Origin: Hemiscyllium ocellatum
Lineage: Eukaryota
Reading direction: 5' to 3'
DNA: 64,000 nt
Assembly: GCF_020745735.1 (NCBI RefSeq)
Contig: NC_083430.1
Span: forward strand, 36,570,909 to 36,634,908
Part shown: in pieces, positions 11,830 to 23,520 of the stretch
How the letters are laid out: every line of letters begins with the position of its first letter
How positions within the stretch are numbered: position 1 is the first letter of the stretch
The notes under the pieces: model-generated
Told to the model about the DNA's origin: nothing
The model's input: the letters and a program-made list of their open reading frames with translations, nothing else
Database searches by the model: none
Translations under genes and position numbers: made by a program

Positions 11830-12345
11830 CTACACAAACCTGCCTCTTTAAACAGGCCATGGTGCTCACAGTCACCACTTCAAAACATTTATCTCATTCA
11901 AAACTCTGCTGCTCATATCCTATTTTGTGCTAAGTCTCACTCACCCATCATACCAGTGTAAACAAACCTACACCAGCTTCCAATGTGACAAGTTGATTTA
12001 AAATAAAAATGTTCATCCTGTGTTTAGATTCCACCAGGACTTCAACTCTTCTTTATTTCTGATGAGCAGTCCTGCACACCTCACACTCCTGTAATTTTAG
12101 TAGTTTCTGTATCCCGCCTGCCCAACCCCAATTTCCTTCAATTCACCATTAGCAGGTGCATGGTCAGATACTTGGACCACAAGCTTTGGAAGCTTCTCCT
12201 TAGCTTCTCTATTCTCCTTAAAGCCTGTCAGAGTCCCTTTGACCAAGTTTTTCACCAACCTTTCTATCTCCATCTTTGGTTCTGTCTAGTTCTCTGATTA
12301 ATTGCCCTGTGTTACTTTGGATGTTTTGTTGTGTCAAAGGTACAG
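11830..12345 (+). mobile_element. Degenerate L2-type LINE 3' end
   Basis: The stretch caaaactctgctgctcatatc...cacccatcataccagtg...ctacaccagcttccaatg reads like the L2 ORF2 C-terminus (QNSAA...PITPV...LH.LP). Confidence 0.5.
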
Positions 12346-12873
12346 TTTTTAAACTTAACATCGTAGATGGTAAAGATGCTGCTTATAGTGGCACAGAGCC
12401 AGCAAATATCTTAAACTGATAAAATGGACTACAGATTGTTGTCATGTGCTTTTTTCCCTCCCTTATACAGAATCCCATTAGCTCCCCCACACCCAACTTA
12501 TTGAAAAAAATTTACTCATGTTGCAGTTATTCCAGTTTTATATAATCATTCTCAAGATGTGAATGTCAAATGGCAAGGTCACCCTTTATTGCTCATTCTT
12601 CTGAATTGCTCTGCTAAAGTGTTGCTATTTTTCTTGGTCTGTACCCCTAAAATTCCTGTGTTCCCTTATCCCATGTCTCTCACTCAAGAATACAAAACCA
12701 CAAAGGGAACAATAATGAATAGTACGTGCGTAAAAAAGGTGTGGATCAGATAGTATTTAGACATTTTCCAAGGGGCATTTGACATCCTTAGTCTTCCTAT
12801 CAGGACTGTGATCAGACCTCAGTTATCATTCACAGAGTCATTCTGCGAGTTATTAATGTCTTTTGTACTCTGT

Positions 12874-13142
12874 TCGGGACAAAGAAAAAAATTGCAGGTG
12901 CTGGAATCCAAAGTAGACAGGCAGGAGGCTGGAAGAACACAACACGCCAGGCAGCATCAGGAGGTGGAGAAGTCTATATTTCAGGTGCCACCGTTCTTTA
13001 GGACTGGGGGGTGGGTATAGGGGGAGCTACACTGTCCTCTACACACTACCAATCTTGAAGAAGAGTCACACCAAAAACTTAAACTTCTGGCTTGATGCTG
13101 CCTGGCTTGTTGTGTTCTTCCAGCCTCCTGCCTGTTCTACTA
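12874..13142. mobile_element. Old fold-back PLE-terminus element with TSD
   Basis: Inverted arms gtagacaggcaggaggctggaagaacacaac / gttgtgttcttccagcctcctgcctgttctac. Flanking direct repeat tttgta(c/t)tctgt at 12862-12873 and 13143-13154. Confidence 0.75.
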
Positions 13143-13474
13143 TTTGTATTCTGTAGCAGTCCTCCCTGTATTAACCACAGTTTGGTGTCATTGACCACCT
13201 CAAACTTTGCCAATGAAAGTCTGTCCATCTCAATCTTCCAAACATTCAAGTGACCCTGAAACATGGACAAATGTCACTGACTTGTTTGTATAGGCATACC
13301 CTGATGTTCACTGTCTCAGCTTGGCTGGCTTGAGTGTCAAAGTTTGTTGGATTTTTTCTTAAATTTCTAAAAAGTGAAGCTAACAAAAGTTAGGTTTATG
13401 CAATCTCTCAGTTTTTTCAAAATAAAAATTTGTTCATGGGATGTGGCTCTCTCTGGCTAGGCCAGTACTGTATT

Positions 13475-14160
13475 TAGACTCATAGAATCATAGAGATGTA
13501 CAGCATGGAAACAGACTCTTCAGTCCAACCTGTCCATGCTGACCAGATATCCCAAACCAATCTAGTTCCACCTGCCAGTGCCCGGCCCATATCCCGCCAA
13601 GCCCTTCCCATTCATATACCCATCCAAATGCCTCTTAAATGTTGCAATTGTACCAGTCTCCACCACTTCCTCATTCCATACACGTACCACCCTCTGTGTG
13701 AAAACGTTGCCCCTTAGGTCTCCCTTATATCTTTCCCCCTCAACCTAAACCTATGCCCTCTAGTTCTGGACTCCTCAACCCCAGGGAAATGACTTTATCT
13801 ATTTATCCTATCCATGCCCCTCAATTTTGTAAACCTCTAAGGTCACCCTTCAGCCTCCAACGCTCCAGGGAAAACAGCCCCAACCTGTGCAGCCTCTCTC
13901 TGTAGCTCAGATCCTCCAACCCTGGCAACATCCTTGTAAATCTTTTCTGAACCCTTTCAAGTTTCACAATACCTTTCCGATAGGAAGGAGACCAGAATTG
14001 CACACAATATTCCAATAGTGGCCTAACCAATGTCCTGTAGAGCCGCAACATGACCTCCCAACTCCTGTACTCAATACTCTGACCAAAAAAGGAAAGCAGA
14101 CCAAACGCCTCCTTCACTATCCTATCTACCTGCGACTCTACTCTCAAGGAGCTATGAACC
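13475..14160 (-). mobile_element. 5'-truncated CR1-clade LINE
   Basis: ORF 13821..14171 (LYRTLVRPLLEYCVQFWSP...LERVQKRFTRM) belongs to the same family as 1675-2928. Confidence 0.9.
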
Positions 14161-14397
14161 ATCTTGACCATCCTTAATTGCTAGGAATTAACTGGCTTGC
14201 TAGCTCCATTTCAGAGGGCAGTTACTGGCTGTGGAGTCATATGCAGGCCAGATCAGGTAAGAATGACAGGTTTCCCTGTGTCAACCAGATAGGTTTTTAA
14301 AACAACGGTCTCCATCATGCTAGTTTTTGTTTTAATTCTAGAACATTAGCCTGACTGCTGGATTACCACGCAGATCACCTTCAAAGTTAGAATAAAA

Positions 14398-14656
14398 GTG
14401 GTTAGCACTGCTACCTCAGCGTCATTCCAGCCTCCGACAACTGTGTGTGGATTTTGCACATTCTCCCCATGTCTGTGCGGGTTTCCTCCCACAATCCAAA
14501 GATGTGCAGGTTAGGTGAATTAGCGTAGTGTTAGGCGTATTAGTCAGGAATAAATATAAGATAGGGGAACGGGTCTGGGTAGGTTACCCTCCGGAGGGCG
14601 GGTGTGGACTTGTTAGGCCGAAGGGCCTGCTTCCTTACTGCAGGAAATCTATTCTA
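14398..14656 (+). mobile_element. V-domain (HE1-like) SINE, partly deleted
   Basis: gtggttagcactgct...tgtgtgtggattttgcacattctcccc...gttaggccgaagggcctg. Confidence 0.8.
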
Positions 14657-15559
14657 AAATTATCTTTTTACAGACAGGAGAAAATATTTAGTATTCAAAA
14701 GCGTCAATAAGAGAATTCGATGCGTCGACCTGCTTTCCCTGGTTTCGCTCAAATCAACGCAAGGTTTCTTGCTGGGATGAGCCGACTATCAAAATAACTA
14801 TGAACCCACGTGCTGAGGAGAGTAGAGAGGAAAGTGGAGATCTGTTTTTGACAAAGCTATCTTACACTCTTCCCATGTGGGCGTCCTTTTCAAATTCCAA
14901 ACGCCCAGAAACAGATTGAGAGAGGAAGTGGCCCCAGCTGTTGCAAACTTCTGCCCCGGGGGAGAAGACCATTCGATTTAAAATGAAACACACGGGGCGC
15001 AACAGCGAGAGAAATCAGCCCCCGCCGTTAAGTGTTTTAACTGGATTAATTTGTAGAAAAGCGACATGGATAACTTTGTGGAAGAAAGAGGGCGGAATTT
15101 TTTGAAGATATTACAAATAGGAAACGGCAGTAAACTCCCTCTTGTAACAGGAGGGAGACCATGCGCTGATCGTCAATTAGAGAAAAGAGGGAGGGAGAAA
15201 CCAAGTCAATCTCATAGGGGGAGGGTCACAGGGGAAGAACACTTGTCAGTTTCAGGAGACCCTAGAGACACTGTATCAAACATTTCGAGCGCTGGTGAAG
15301 TCAACATTCCGAGACAATGTTACAACGTTCTAAACAAGTTGCTACAATGTATCACAACATGTCAGACATTCCACAACCGTCCCACACCCTACTGCAAAAA
15401 CAACTCACTAAATACTTTCTACTTGTTTTAATTCAGAAACAAAATTGAACTCAAGAAACAATGGACTGCACGACACTGACTCAATTGTGTCATTGCTAGA
15501 AACAGAGCGGCGCCGAATCTTTTGTCCTCAAAAAGTTAGCTTGTTTATGTTCTTTATGA

Positions 15560-15900
15560 GACTCACACACAGATGAGGAAAGAACTAGCCGCTCCTCCTC
15601 CCCCAATTCCGATATTTACCTTACACCTCTCTCAGCTTAAAATCCAAAACCGCCAAGTTTGCTCTCCAGCCTTTCGTATGTAAAATAGAAACTTTCAATA
15701 TTGTAACAGGAAGAGGTCTTGTTGTTCGTGAACAAATCAGTGATCGAAGGTAATGACTTCACTTCCGCACCGCTAAGTATCGCTCCGTGATTGAGTGAGT
15801 TCTTAGATTACGGGAGTTGGCGAATGGGTTTGAAAGATTTGTTGGCCGTCCCTTCTAGTTCAACGAAAAGGAGACATTGCTACGTCAAACATATAACGTC
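15560..15900 (-). promoter_or_regulatory. Probable promoter and non-coding first exon of the MED30-like gene
   Basis: Local CpG enrichment over ~14700-15900, ETS/GABP motif CACTTCCG at 15760-15767, CRE half-site tacgtca at ~15881. Minus-strand donor candidates are AG|gtaaat at 15620 and |gtgagt at 15567. The acceptor before the ATG at 10465 needs an upstream exon. Confidence 0.55.
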
Positions 15901-15998
15901 TCCTTTATAGAGAGGCAAAGCTGATCGAATCCTATACGGTGAATAAAGGAAACAAGTAAATTATGTAAATAATATTGTCATTAATATACTCTGTACGG

Positions 15999-16259
15999 TT
16001 GAAAATGTGTTGCTGGTTAAAGCACAGCAGGTTAGGCAGCATCCAAGGAACAGGAAATTCGACGTTTCGGGCCAGAGCCCTTCATCAGGAAATTCGACGT
16101 TTCGGGCCAGAGCCCTTCATCAGGAACCTGATGAAGGGATCTGGCCCGAAACATCGAATTTCCTATTCCTTGGATGCTGCCTAACCTGCTGTGCTTTAAC
16201 CAGCAACACATTTTCAACTGTGATCTCCAGCATCTGCAGACCTCACTTTTTACTCGAAG
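15999..16259. mobile_element. Young fold-back PLE-terminus mini-element with 15-bp TSD and three hammerhead cores
   Basis: Near-perfect inverted arms (gaaaatgtgttgctggttaaagcacagcagg... / ...cctgctgtgctttaaccagcaacacattttc). TSD atatactctgtacgg at 15984-15998 and 16260-16274. Confidence 0.9.
16056..16126 (-). ncRNA. Tandem pair of minimal type-I hammerhead ribozyme motifs
   Basis: The minus strand reads (TTC-CTGATGA-AGGGC-TCTG-GCCC-GAAAC-GTC-GAAT) twice, as a 35-bp direct repeat at 16051-16085 and 16086-16120. It has the conserved CUGANGA/GAAA core, helix II, a palindromic ACGU in place of helix III and a GUC cleavage triplet. Activity is untested. Confidence 0.7.
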
Positions 16260-16969
16260 ATATACTCTGTACGGGCCTGCCGGTGCCTACCGATCGTGCT
16301 AAAAGTGTATTACTAGAATCAGCATGGACTATCTCCACCAGCTAGAGAGGAGTGTGGAAAGAGAGGATAACAGACTGTCCATTCCTCCACCCAAAAGTTA
16401 CATCCAACCTTTGAATAGGCCTGAAAACAAAAACATGCTGCAGATCACAGCGGGTCAGGTCTTGCTCTTCAAAACCAGTTTCTCTCAGCTTTTGGCCAAC
16501 TATCACAACAACCAAAAGAGCTCGGTTTTCTTTATTAAATCACTCCTAACATATACATTATTTTCTGGTGCATTATCTCGCCTGCAGACTATATTGTGCA
16601 CTAAAATAAGAGGTATAGTGTCAACTCAATGTACACGCTCAACTTCTAGAGCAAGATCCATGCTTGTCAGGAGACAATTGTCACCAATTAGATTCATAGA
16701 GTGATGAAAAGGGAGACCAGCCCAAGATGTCGGTGCTGGGACTTTGATGTTCTTATCAGATCATTCTATCAAATTTTCCCCCATATTTATCCATTTCATT
16801 TTTAAAAACTTCTTGAATCTGCTTCTATCACACTTTTCAGCCAGTGCACCTTTATTTGTAGTGAAGAGTAAAACATTATTTCTTCAAGCAGTCTCTAGAT
16901 CTGTTTAGGGATACTGGCAAGAGACTCAATATGGCATACAAATTTTGAAATACAAAGTTTCAACTAATG

Positions 16970-16975
16970 TTTATT
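16970..16975 (-). terminator. Candidate poly(A) signal (AATAAA) for SLC30A2
   Basis: tttatt on the plus strand ~540 nt past the stop, at the end of an AU-rich 3' UTR. A second one lies at 16851-16856. Confidence 0.55.
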
Positions 16976-17515
16976 TTTGTTAGCAAAACTTTAATTAAAG
17001 TATTGTTTCATAAATATGAAGAACATGGATATAGACAATTCTAGAAACATTAAACAATAAACTTATTTTAACAAAATTGTCAATATTGGTTTCCCAGCAC
17101 CAGGAATAAAGGTCAGACCAATCTTTTAAAAGTTACATTCAAGAAAATGGATTATCTCAACTCAAAGATGAAGTTCTCTCTCCCAACCATTCTCCTAGAA
17201 GACATCAATACATCCACCAAACAATATTGCTGGTGGGAGATGAATATCCAATTGATACATTTATGGTCAAGTTTCATTTTGCAACTACACAAAAATGTCT
17301 TAAAAGCCTTAATCTTACATTGTATAAAGGACACCACAACCCACTGTCAACACAATGGCTGGACTCTGGTTTAGACAGCAGTAAGGTAACTTCACTTCAC
17401 ACATTATCTTTCCTCTTGTACACAACTCATTCCAGATGTGATTCCCCAAGAAATGAACTCAAATCATGCCTCTCTCAGACATACAGATTAGAGAAACTCC
17501 TTGCACTGATGGGAA

Positions 17516-17661
17516 CTAATCTCTGGGTTCCTGGCATTCCTTACAATTGACCATATCATCAGAATAATTTTCTATTTGGATAGTGATGGAATGGAAGTCA
17601 AACTTGCTGTGGAGCATATGGTTAGCTTCAGCCAATATTTCCCGAGCATTTGCATCCTCAT
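17516..17661 (-). CDS. SLC30A2: Zinc transporter ZnT2, exon 8 (..EDANAREILAEANHMLHSKFDFHSITIQIENYSDDMVNCKECQEPRD*)
   Basis: Acceptor ttcttgcag|, TAG at 17518-17516, 146 nt. C-terminal TIQIE...CxxC motif of vertebrate ZnT2/3/8. Confidence 0.93.
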
Positions 17662-18265
17662 CTGCAAGAAACAAAGTTCACAAATCATAAAAATGAGCAA
17701 AAAAGGGAAGAAATTAAAAAAGGCTAATGGAATCTTGATCTTTATCTGAAGTGAATACACTATGATGCTAAAATCTTAGTTCGAAAAAATGTCATTTCTC
17801 TTTTAAATTGCAGGCCTGACATTTTAGAAAATGGAAGCAGGAGGGAGTATTGTGGGCCTGCCTTGTATTCGTGGTTTAAGATTGATTGTGAAACACAGCT
17901 GTGTGCTGAAAAATCTTAACACGTGTCTACCAATTTGGTGATAACTAGAATTATGTTTTAGTGAGATTGTCAGTAGGATAAATATTGGACAGGACACCAA
18001 AGAGGACTCCCTTCCTCTTCTCATAATGCCATGAAATCTTTTACATTCACCCAAGAGCTCCAATGGGACCCAGATGTCATCTTTCATTTGGGATGTTAAA
18101 CTGACAGTGCAGCACACTCTGTACTGACACTTTTAATTTGAATTGTGTGTACCAGAATTGAACCCAAAATCATCCCACTCAGGGGAAAGAGAGTGACCCA
18201 TGGCCAATACAGCTTTAAAATACTTACAGCAATCCATGTCAAAAGCAAAATACATTAACACTTAC

Positions 18266-18400
18266 TGATGGCAATGTGGACTGACAACAGTGGTTGGTTG
18301 ACGGTCAGTGCCCAGATGTGGAGGCTGTGCATCGCTTTCACCCCATCAATTAACAGGAGAGACTCTTTAACCTGATTAAAATCCATTCCTTTTGGAATTC
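18266..18400 (-). CDS. SLC30A2: ZnT2 exon 7 (GIPKGMDFNQVKESLLLIDGVKAMHSLHIWALTVNQPLLSVHIAI)
   Basis: tttttgacag| ... A|gtaagt; 135 nt; HSLHIW zinc-binding motif of the C-terminal domain. Confidence 0.95.
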
Positions 18401-20206
18401 CTGTCAAAAATGCAGTGCTGAGCTTCAGTGTGAATGATGAGCGTCAATGAACACATTGTGCTCTTATTTTCAACCTTACTGTTTCCCCAGCAACTAAATG
18501 AATATCTCTACATCCCTTGCTTTCATGTCTTAGTTCTTTTTGTGACAAGACTACATCTTAACTGACTTTAACTCCCTCCATATCTCAAATTCTGCCAAGA
18601 CTCAAACCCTTGTCTCCCACTCAGAGGCTCAAGAACATCTCCCATGCATTGGCAGAATGCAAAGGAAGACAAATGTCATCCCCACTGGAACCTTGAGTTC
18701 CCAGTATTTCTCTCACTTCCTCTTCCTCCTCCCCCTCCCCAACTCTTCCCCACCCACCCCCCAGTCAACACCTTCCTTATAACTCTTCAAAATCAATGCT
18801 ACCATCTCACCTACTTTTTTCTATTCACAACAGACTTGTTTTATTGTGCAATCCCTTTCAGATTTCAAGTGACAGCACAGTTGTGCATCTTAAAGAGAAC
18901 TTTGCTTGGTATAAATCTTTGTTCTGTGCACACCATATTTCTCATTGCTGCATAAACACACATCTTAGAAAACATTTATATGGCCTCCCACTGCTTTAAA
19001 TATTTCTTCATAGTTCTTATTCTACCTCTTTCCATTGAACTCAAACTGACAATATAATTCCCTACAGAAACTGATTCTTTCCTCCACCATCACCAATTTG
19101 TCAACTCACTTACTCTTCACACCTTTCCAAAGTCAAAGGCTTTGAAAGCTAAGCAAGACCATTCTTCTTTTGCTTCATATGTTCCCATGCTTTCTTCACT
19201 GTGGCATTCTGCACCTTCATTTACGTTTTCTCAGCAGATGAAAATGTTAAATCACTGAACTTCGCCAAGACAATTCAGCCCATCATGTCTGCAGCCGCTA
19301 TCAAATGATCATTATAACTTAATACCATTCGCCATACCCTTGCATGTTGTTTCTTTTCATTTAAGCATCTAATGTCCTTTTGAATGTCTCAATTGACTCT
19401 GCCCTCACACCTCCAAGCAATGAATTCTAGACATAAACCACTCACCGAAAGAGAGAATATTTTTCACATGTCAATTTCTACAATTTGCAAATCACTTTAA
19501 ATCTATGCCACCTTTGTCTCAATCCTCTTACTCAGTTTCCCATTACACTGTCTATCCAGATTCCTTCATGATTTTAAAATCATCTATTAGATCTCTTTGC
19601 CTTCTTCTCTCGAACCCCAAATTCACCAATTTTATCCCTTACTGAAGTTTCTCATTCCTAGAAACATTTATGTAAATCTTTTCTGCAATGCACGGATATT
19701 CTTCCTATAGTATAGCACTCAAAATGTACGCAGTGCACAATGCCTAACAACTGTCTTGCATAAATTCAGCATGACCACCTCGCTCTTGTACTGCAAACTG
19801 CATTTCGAAAGCTGAAGATGCTGAGTATTTTCTTAACTGCTCTTTACCAGACTTCCAAATGTTCTCTCAAAAATCACGCTTCACTTCTCTAATATGCTTT
19901 TCACTTATCCTCTGAATACCTGTAGTTTTTTTTTGATTCTCAATTGCATTTTCAACTGGACACTTGTCATAACATACTTTTACTTCTTTATTTTAATTTT
20001 TACCTTTTTATTCCATCCGGAGAGCTCTAGATTTGTTTGTCCTCTTTCAAGGAGAACATACATTGAATTGTACCCAAAGCCTTTCCTCTTTGAAGGTAGA
20101 ACAGTGTTCTGCTTCAAGTTTATCTTATCAACATTTCATTCTAGTCTAAGTGGCAGGGTCCATTCTTGCACCTTAAAGTCAGCTCTTCCCAGAGTTAATT
20201 ACTTGC

Positions 20207-20312
20207 CTTCCATTAGTATGCAGAGAACGTCCCTCAGAATGGAGATGGTGGCCCCCAGAACAAGAATGGAAAAAAGGAAAGTGCAGATTGGATCCACTAT
20301 TTTATATTCAGG
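20207..20312 (-). CDS. SLC30A2: ZnT2 exon 6 ([35 protein letters not shown]), ending in a GC donor
   Basis: gtatttag| ... GAAG|gcaagt; 106 nt keeps the frame into exon 7. Confidence 0.92.
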
Positions 20313-21331
20313 CTAAATACAAATGAAACAAAAAAAAACTTATTCCAATGCAGTGAGCAAATGTTTAAATATCCCTTCACACTCAGAGATTCTGAAGTTT
20401 AACAGAAAATCAGTTGTGTTCTTTTCAGGGATCTCCGAATCCCTGGTTCCTGTATGAACAGGAATATTGTCAATCCAAGTACATTGCTTCAGCATGAAGT
20501 AAATCTCAATATTTTAAGAGCTAATTGCAGTAAAATGCATCAAAGAATACAGTGTGACACATGCTCAAATTCCTTCACCATACAATTGGCAGTTGCATAT
20601 TCAGCTGTCTCAGCACCAAGGTCTGGAATTCTTTCCCTAAACCTCATCTTTCTTCTGCTTTTTTAAATTCCATGTCCTTGACCATCTCTTCAAATACAAC
20701 TCAGTACCAAATTTTGTTGAAAGTCATTCCTAAAGCACCTTGGGACACTTTACTAGGACTCTCTCTCCCACCCCTAACAATCCTCCAATGATTGTCCATA
20801 GTTTTCCAGGAATTAAAGGTTAGTCATCTCAAGACTCCTAATAGCCACCTGGAGGAAAACAAAAACACAGGAGTGTAAAACTTGTCTATTACCCCATGTT
20901 TTTTGAACATTTTCAGTTATCAATCCTAAAGTATTGAACATGAGTTAAAAAGCTATTTGAGTAGGGGGAACAATCGGGGCAGGAACAAAACCTAAAGAAA
21001 TGCATTCATATTTGGTAACATGTAGAAATAGGGTTTAATGACCTTACAGATGACCCTCAGAAGTAAGCTGTGATGGAACTGTAGCCTCAGTATCATACAC
21101 TCATACTCTGCTAGGCTGGAACCTATTGAGTGCAGGATGTGTCACTCTGTATCCTTACCCTCCTTACAGCCCGTGAATAAATGCTGTTCAAAAGTAGCTT
21201 AGAAGTATAGCCTGTGCCCAGATGAAGATCCCAAAAAACTCATTCTACAACATGCCCTCCCCAAAATGCCCATTTACAAAATTAGATGTATTCCCCTTAA
21301 AAGCCATGTTACCGAAAGACTGTTCCTGTAC

Positions 21332-21524
21332 CTTGAAGTAGATGATATAGGCAGCAATTAGGACACTGATGCTTTGTAACAGGTCTCCTACAACGTGGAT
21401 GAAGGCAGCTCGTACACTGGGGTTCACGTGGCTATTGGCATTGGATTCGATATCATGTGGTCTGACCTCTCCTGTGCTGCCGTGGCTGTGGTTGTGACCA
21501 GACTGATGAAGAATGATGCCCATT
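21332..21524 (-). CDS. SLC30A2: ZnT2 exon 5 ([15 protein letters not shown]...[31 protein letters not shown])
   Basis: ccacag| ... AAG|gtacag; 193 nt; His-rich loop and TM5 HxxxD site-A motif. Confidence 0.95.
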
Positions 21525-23366
21525 CTGTGGGGAGGTAGTGTTAGGAACAGGCAAAAAGAGAATTTATAATTGGGTATGTAGCGAGACTTAAGTTTCAGTA
21601 TATACACAAAATTTCATGTGATAAGGTTGGATGATAGCCAAGTACTGTACTGAGTGCCACATACAGACAGCACCAAAAGTTTGTTCATGTTGTGATTTTG
21701 TTGACATCAGAGCTGGGAGAATACATTTACTACAGTTGTTTTCAATACAACTGGAATAAGATGAGAGGGCATTTTATAAAAGATCAGGCAGGGTTTCCAA
21801 TCTTGATTGTTACAAGTGATCCCTCCCGATGTTTACTCCAGAATAGATGTATAGCTTTTTAAAAATATTCATTCATAAAATGTGAGCATTGCTGACAAGG
21901 TGAGCATTTATTAACCATCCCTAACTGCCCTGAAGATGATGGTGGTGAGTCACCTTCTTGAAATGTTACAGTTTATCAAATGAAGGTACACATCCAAAGC
22001 GCTGTTAGGAAGGGAACTCCAGAAATTTGACAAGCTACAATGAAAGAACAGCAAAATAGTTCCAAGTCACAATGATGTGTGGCTTGGAGGAGCTCTGACA
22101 GCTTGTGGTGTTCCTATTTCTGCTATCCTTTTCCTTCTTCATGGTAAATGTATGAGTCTGTGACCTGCCGCTGATCAAGGCTAGAGTTTTGCATGAACAC
22201 CACCCCCCAGCCCCAAACATACACACATACTCATCCCCAACGGTTTTCTGTAATGCTGAAGTCAAATCCAGAGATCTGTTGAAACTCATGTTGACCAGAA
22301 CAGATACCAAGAAATATGTTGACAACCTCCTATAGAATAGTGCAATGGGTATCACTAATACAGCAGAGGGTGGGAGAAGGCAAAGTTCAACCTGAAATCA
22401 AATGGTCCCCCAATATTATCCAACCATTCCATTTAGCAATTCAACAGTGATTGGCTGATGAAGTAGGATGTTGAAGAACTTCACAGTATAACTCATCTCT
22501 TTGGGTCTGCTGTGGACTCACTGAGATTAATTGTTATGATTTATCAATAACTCTGTATCATTGTATTCTTGAAACTGTAGAAGAAAAGCTCAATCAAATT
22601 GGAGTCTTTCTGGTCCAACATTTCTCATGTTCCCAAGACTATTCCTTTAAACTGTTGCATGATAGTGACTAATAGGATAGTGCCAAGTATTGGAATCTGC
22701 CAATAGCTCTTACCTTCTGTGACAACGGAAATGATGGAACTCAATATCCCTGGCCTCAGCAAGATTGGCAAATTATCTGTTGTATTATTGTTTCTAATCT
22801 CTACCCAGAAACTCCTAGTAAAAATCACAAATCCAGCTTCAAATTTTCCTGGCATGCATTGCCCATTCCTCATTGACTCAAATGCAATGGTTTGCGAGGC
22901 CATTTCAGAGAGTAGGTTAAAAACAATTACATTGTTGTGGGTCTGGATTCACATGCAGATCAAACCAGGTACAAATGGAAGTCTTTTTATCCTCAGCAAT
23001 AGTTATTATGGTCAACATTCTCAAGACAGGATTCATATTCCAGATTTGTTAATTTAATTTGAACCCATACCTCCCAGAGCACTGGCCAGCGCATTTGGAT
23101 TACTAGTCCAATAATGCTACCATTGCGTCAACATCTATTACCCAGTCATGTCTTCATCCTGATGGTAATCAGTGATGCCTGAAGTAACAGGCAGAAAGAA
23201 ATGCATTTAGACAATGACAAAAAGAGTGGACAATTAAACAAGTTACTGAATGGTAGCTAGTGTTCAACGAGACTACATCCTGCCAAGAGTCAGGGCTTTC
23301 CTGACAGGAGCGGAGAAAGGTCAAACAAAAAGTAACAAAATGCTACTTACATAAGAGGATACTCAC

Positions 23367-23520
23367 AAAATATTTACTGCGACAGCACCTCCTGAGGTGA
23401 TCACCATGGCACCACCTTTAATGTCGTACTGCCCAGAAATGAGTCGCTCAATCGCCAGATAGACAAGTACACCTGTCACCACCCAGATGGAAAACACAGA
23501 GACCAGAGCTCCTAGAATCT
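23367..23520 (-). CDS. SLC30A2: ZnT2 exon 4 ([51 protein letters not shown])
   Basis: tgtcctgaag| ... TT|gtgagt; 154 nt; closely matches ZnT2 TM3-TM4. Confidence 0.95.

Noticed and set aside
16051-16125. 35-bp direct repeat as a CRISPR-like array
   Set aside because: The repeats are adjacent with no spacers, the context is eukaryotic, and it is explained as a duplication inside a PLE terminus.
15999-16259. Pre-miRNA or DNA-transposon MITE interpretation of the hairpins
   Set aside because: TSDs are long and variable, the arms are asymmetric, and the same termini are attached to GIY-YIG coding remnants at 51896-53494, indicating a PLE origin.
16007-16345. ORFs such as MLLVKAQQVRQHPRNRKFDV... 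that recur at several loci
   Set aside because: They are incidental frames through the repeated PLE terminus, with no coding signature.
19894-20316. 140-aa plus-strand ORF overlapping SLC30A2 exon 6
   Set aside because: Low-complexity T-rich intron plus antisense of a real exon; no recognisable domain.
23346-23366. Second donor (AT|gtaagt) 16 nt downstream of the SLC30A2 exon 4 donor
   Set aside because: Using it would shift the frame; the upstream gtgagt donor gives the frame-preserving 154-nt exon, and there is no evidence of use.
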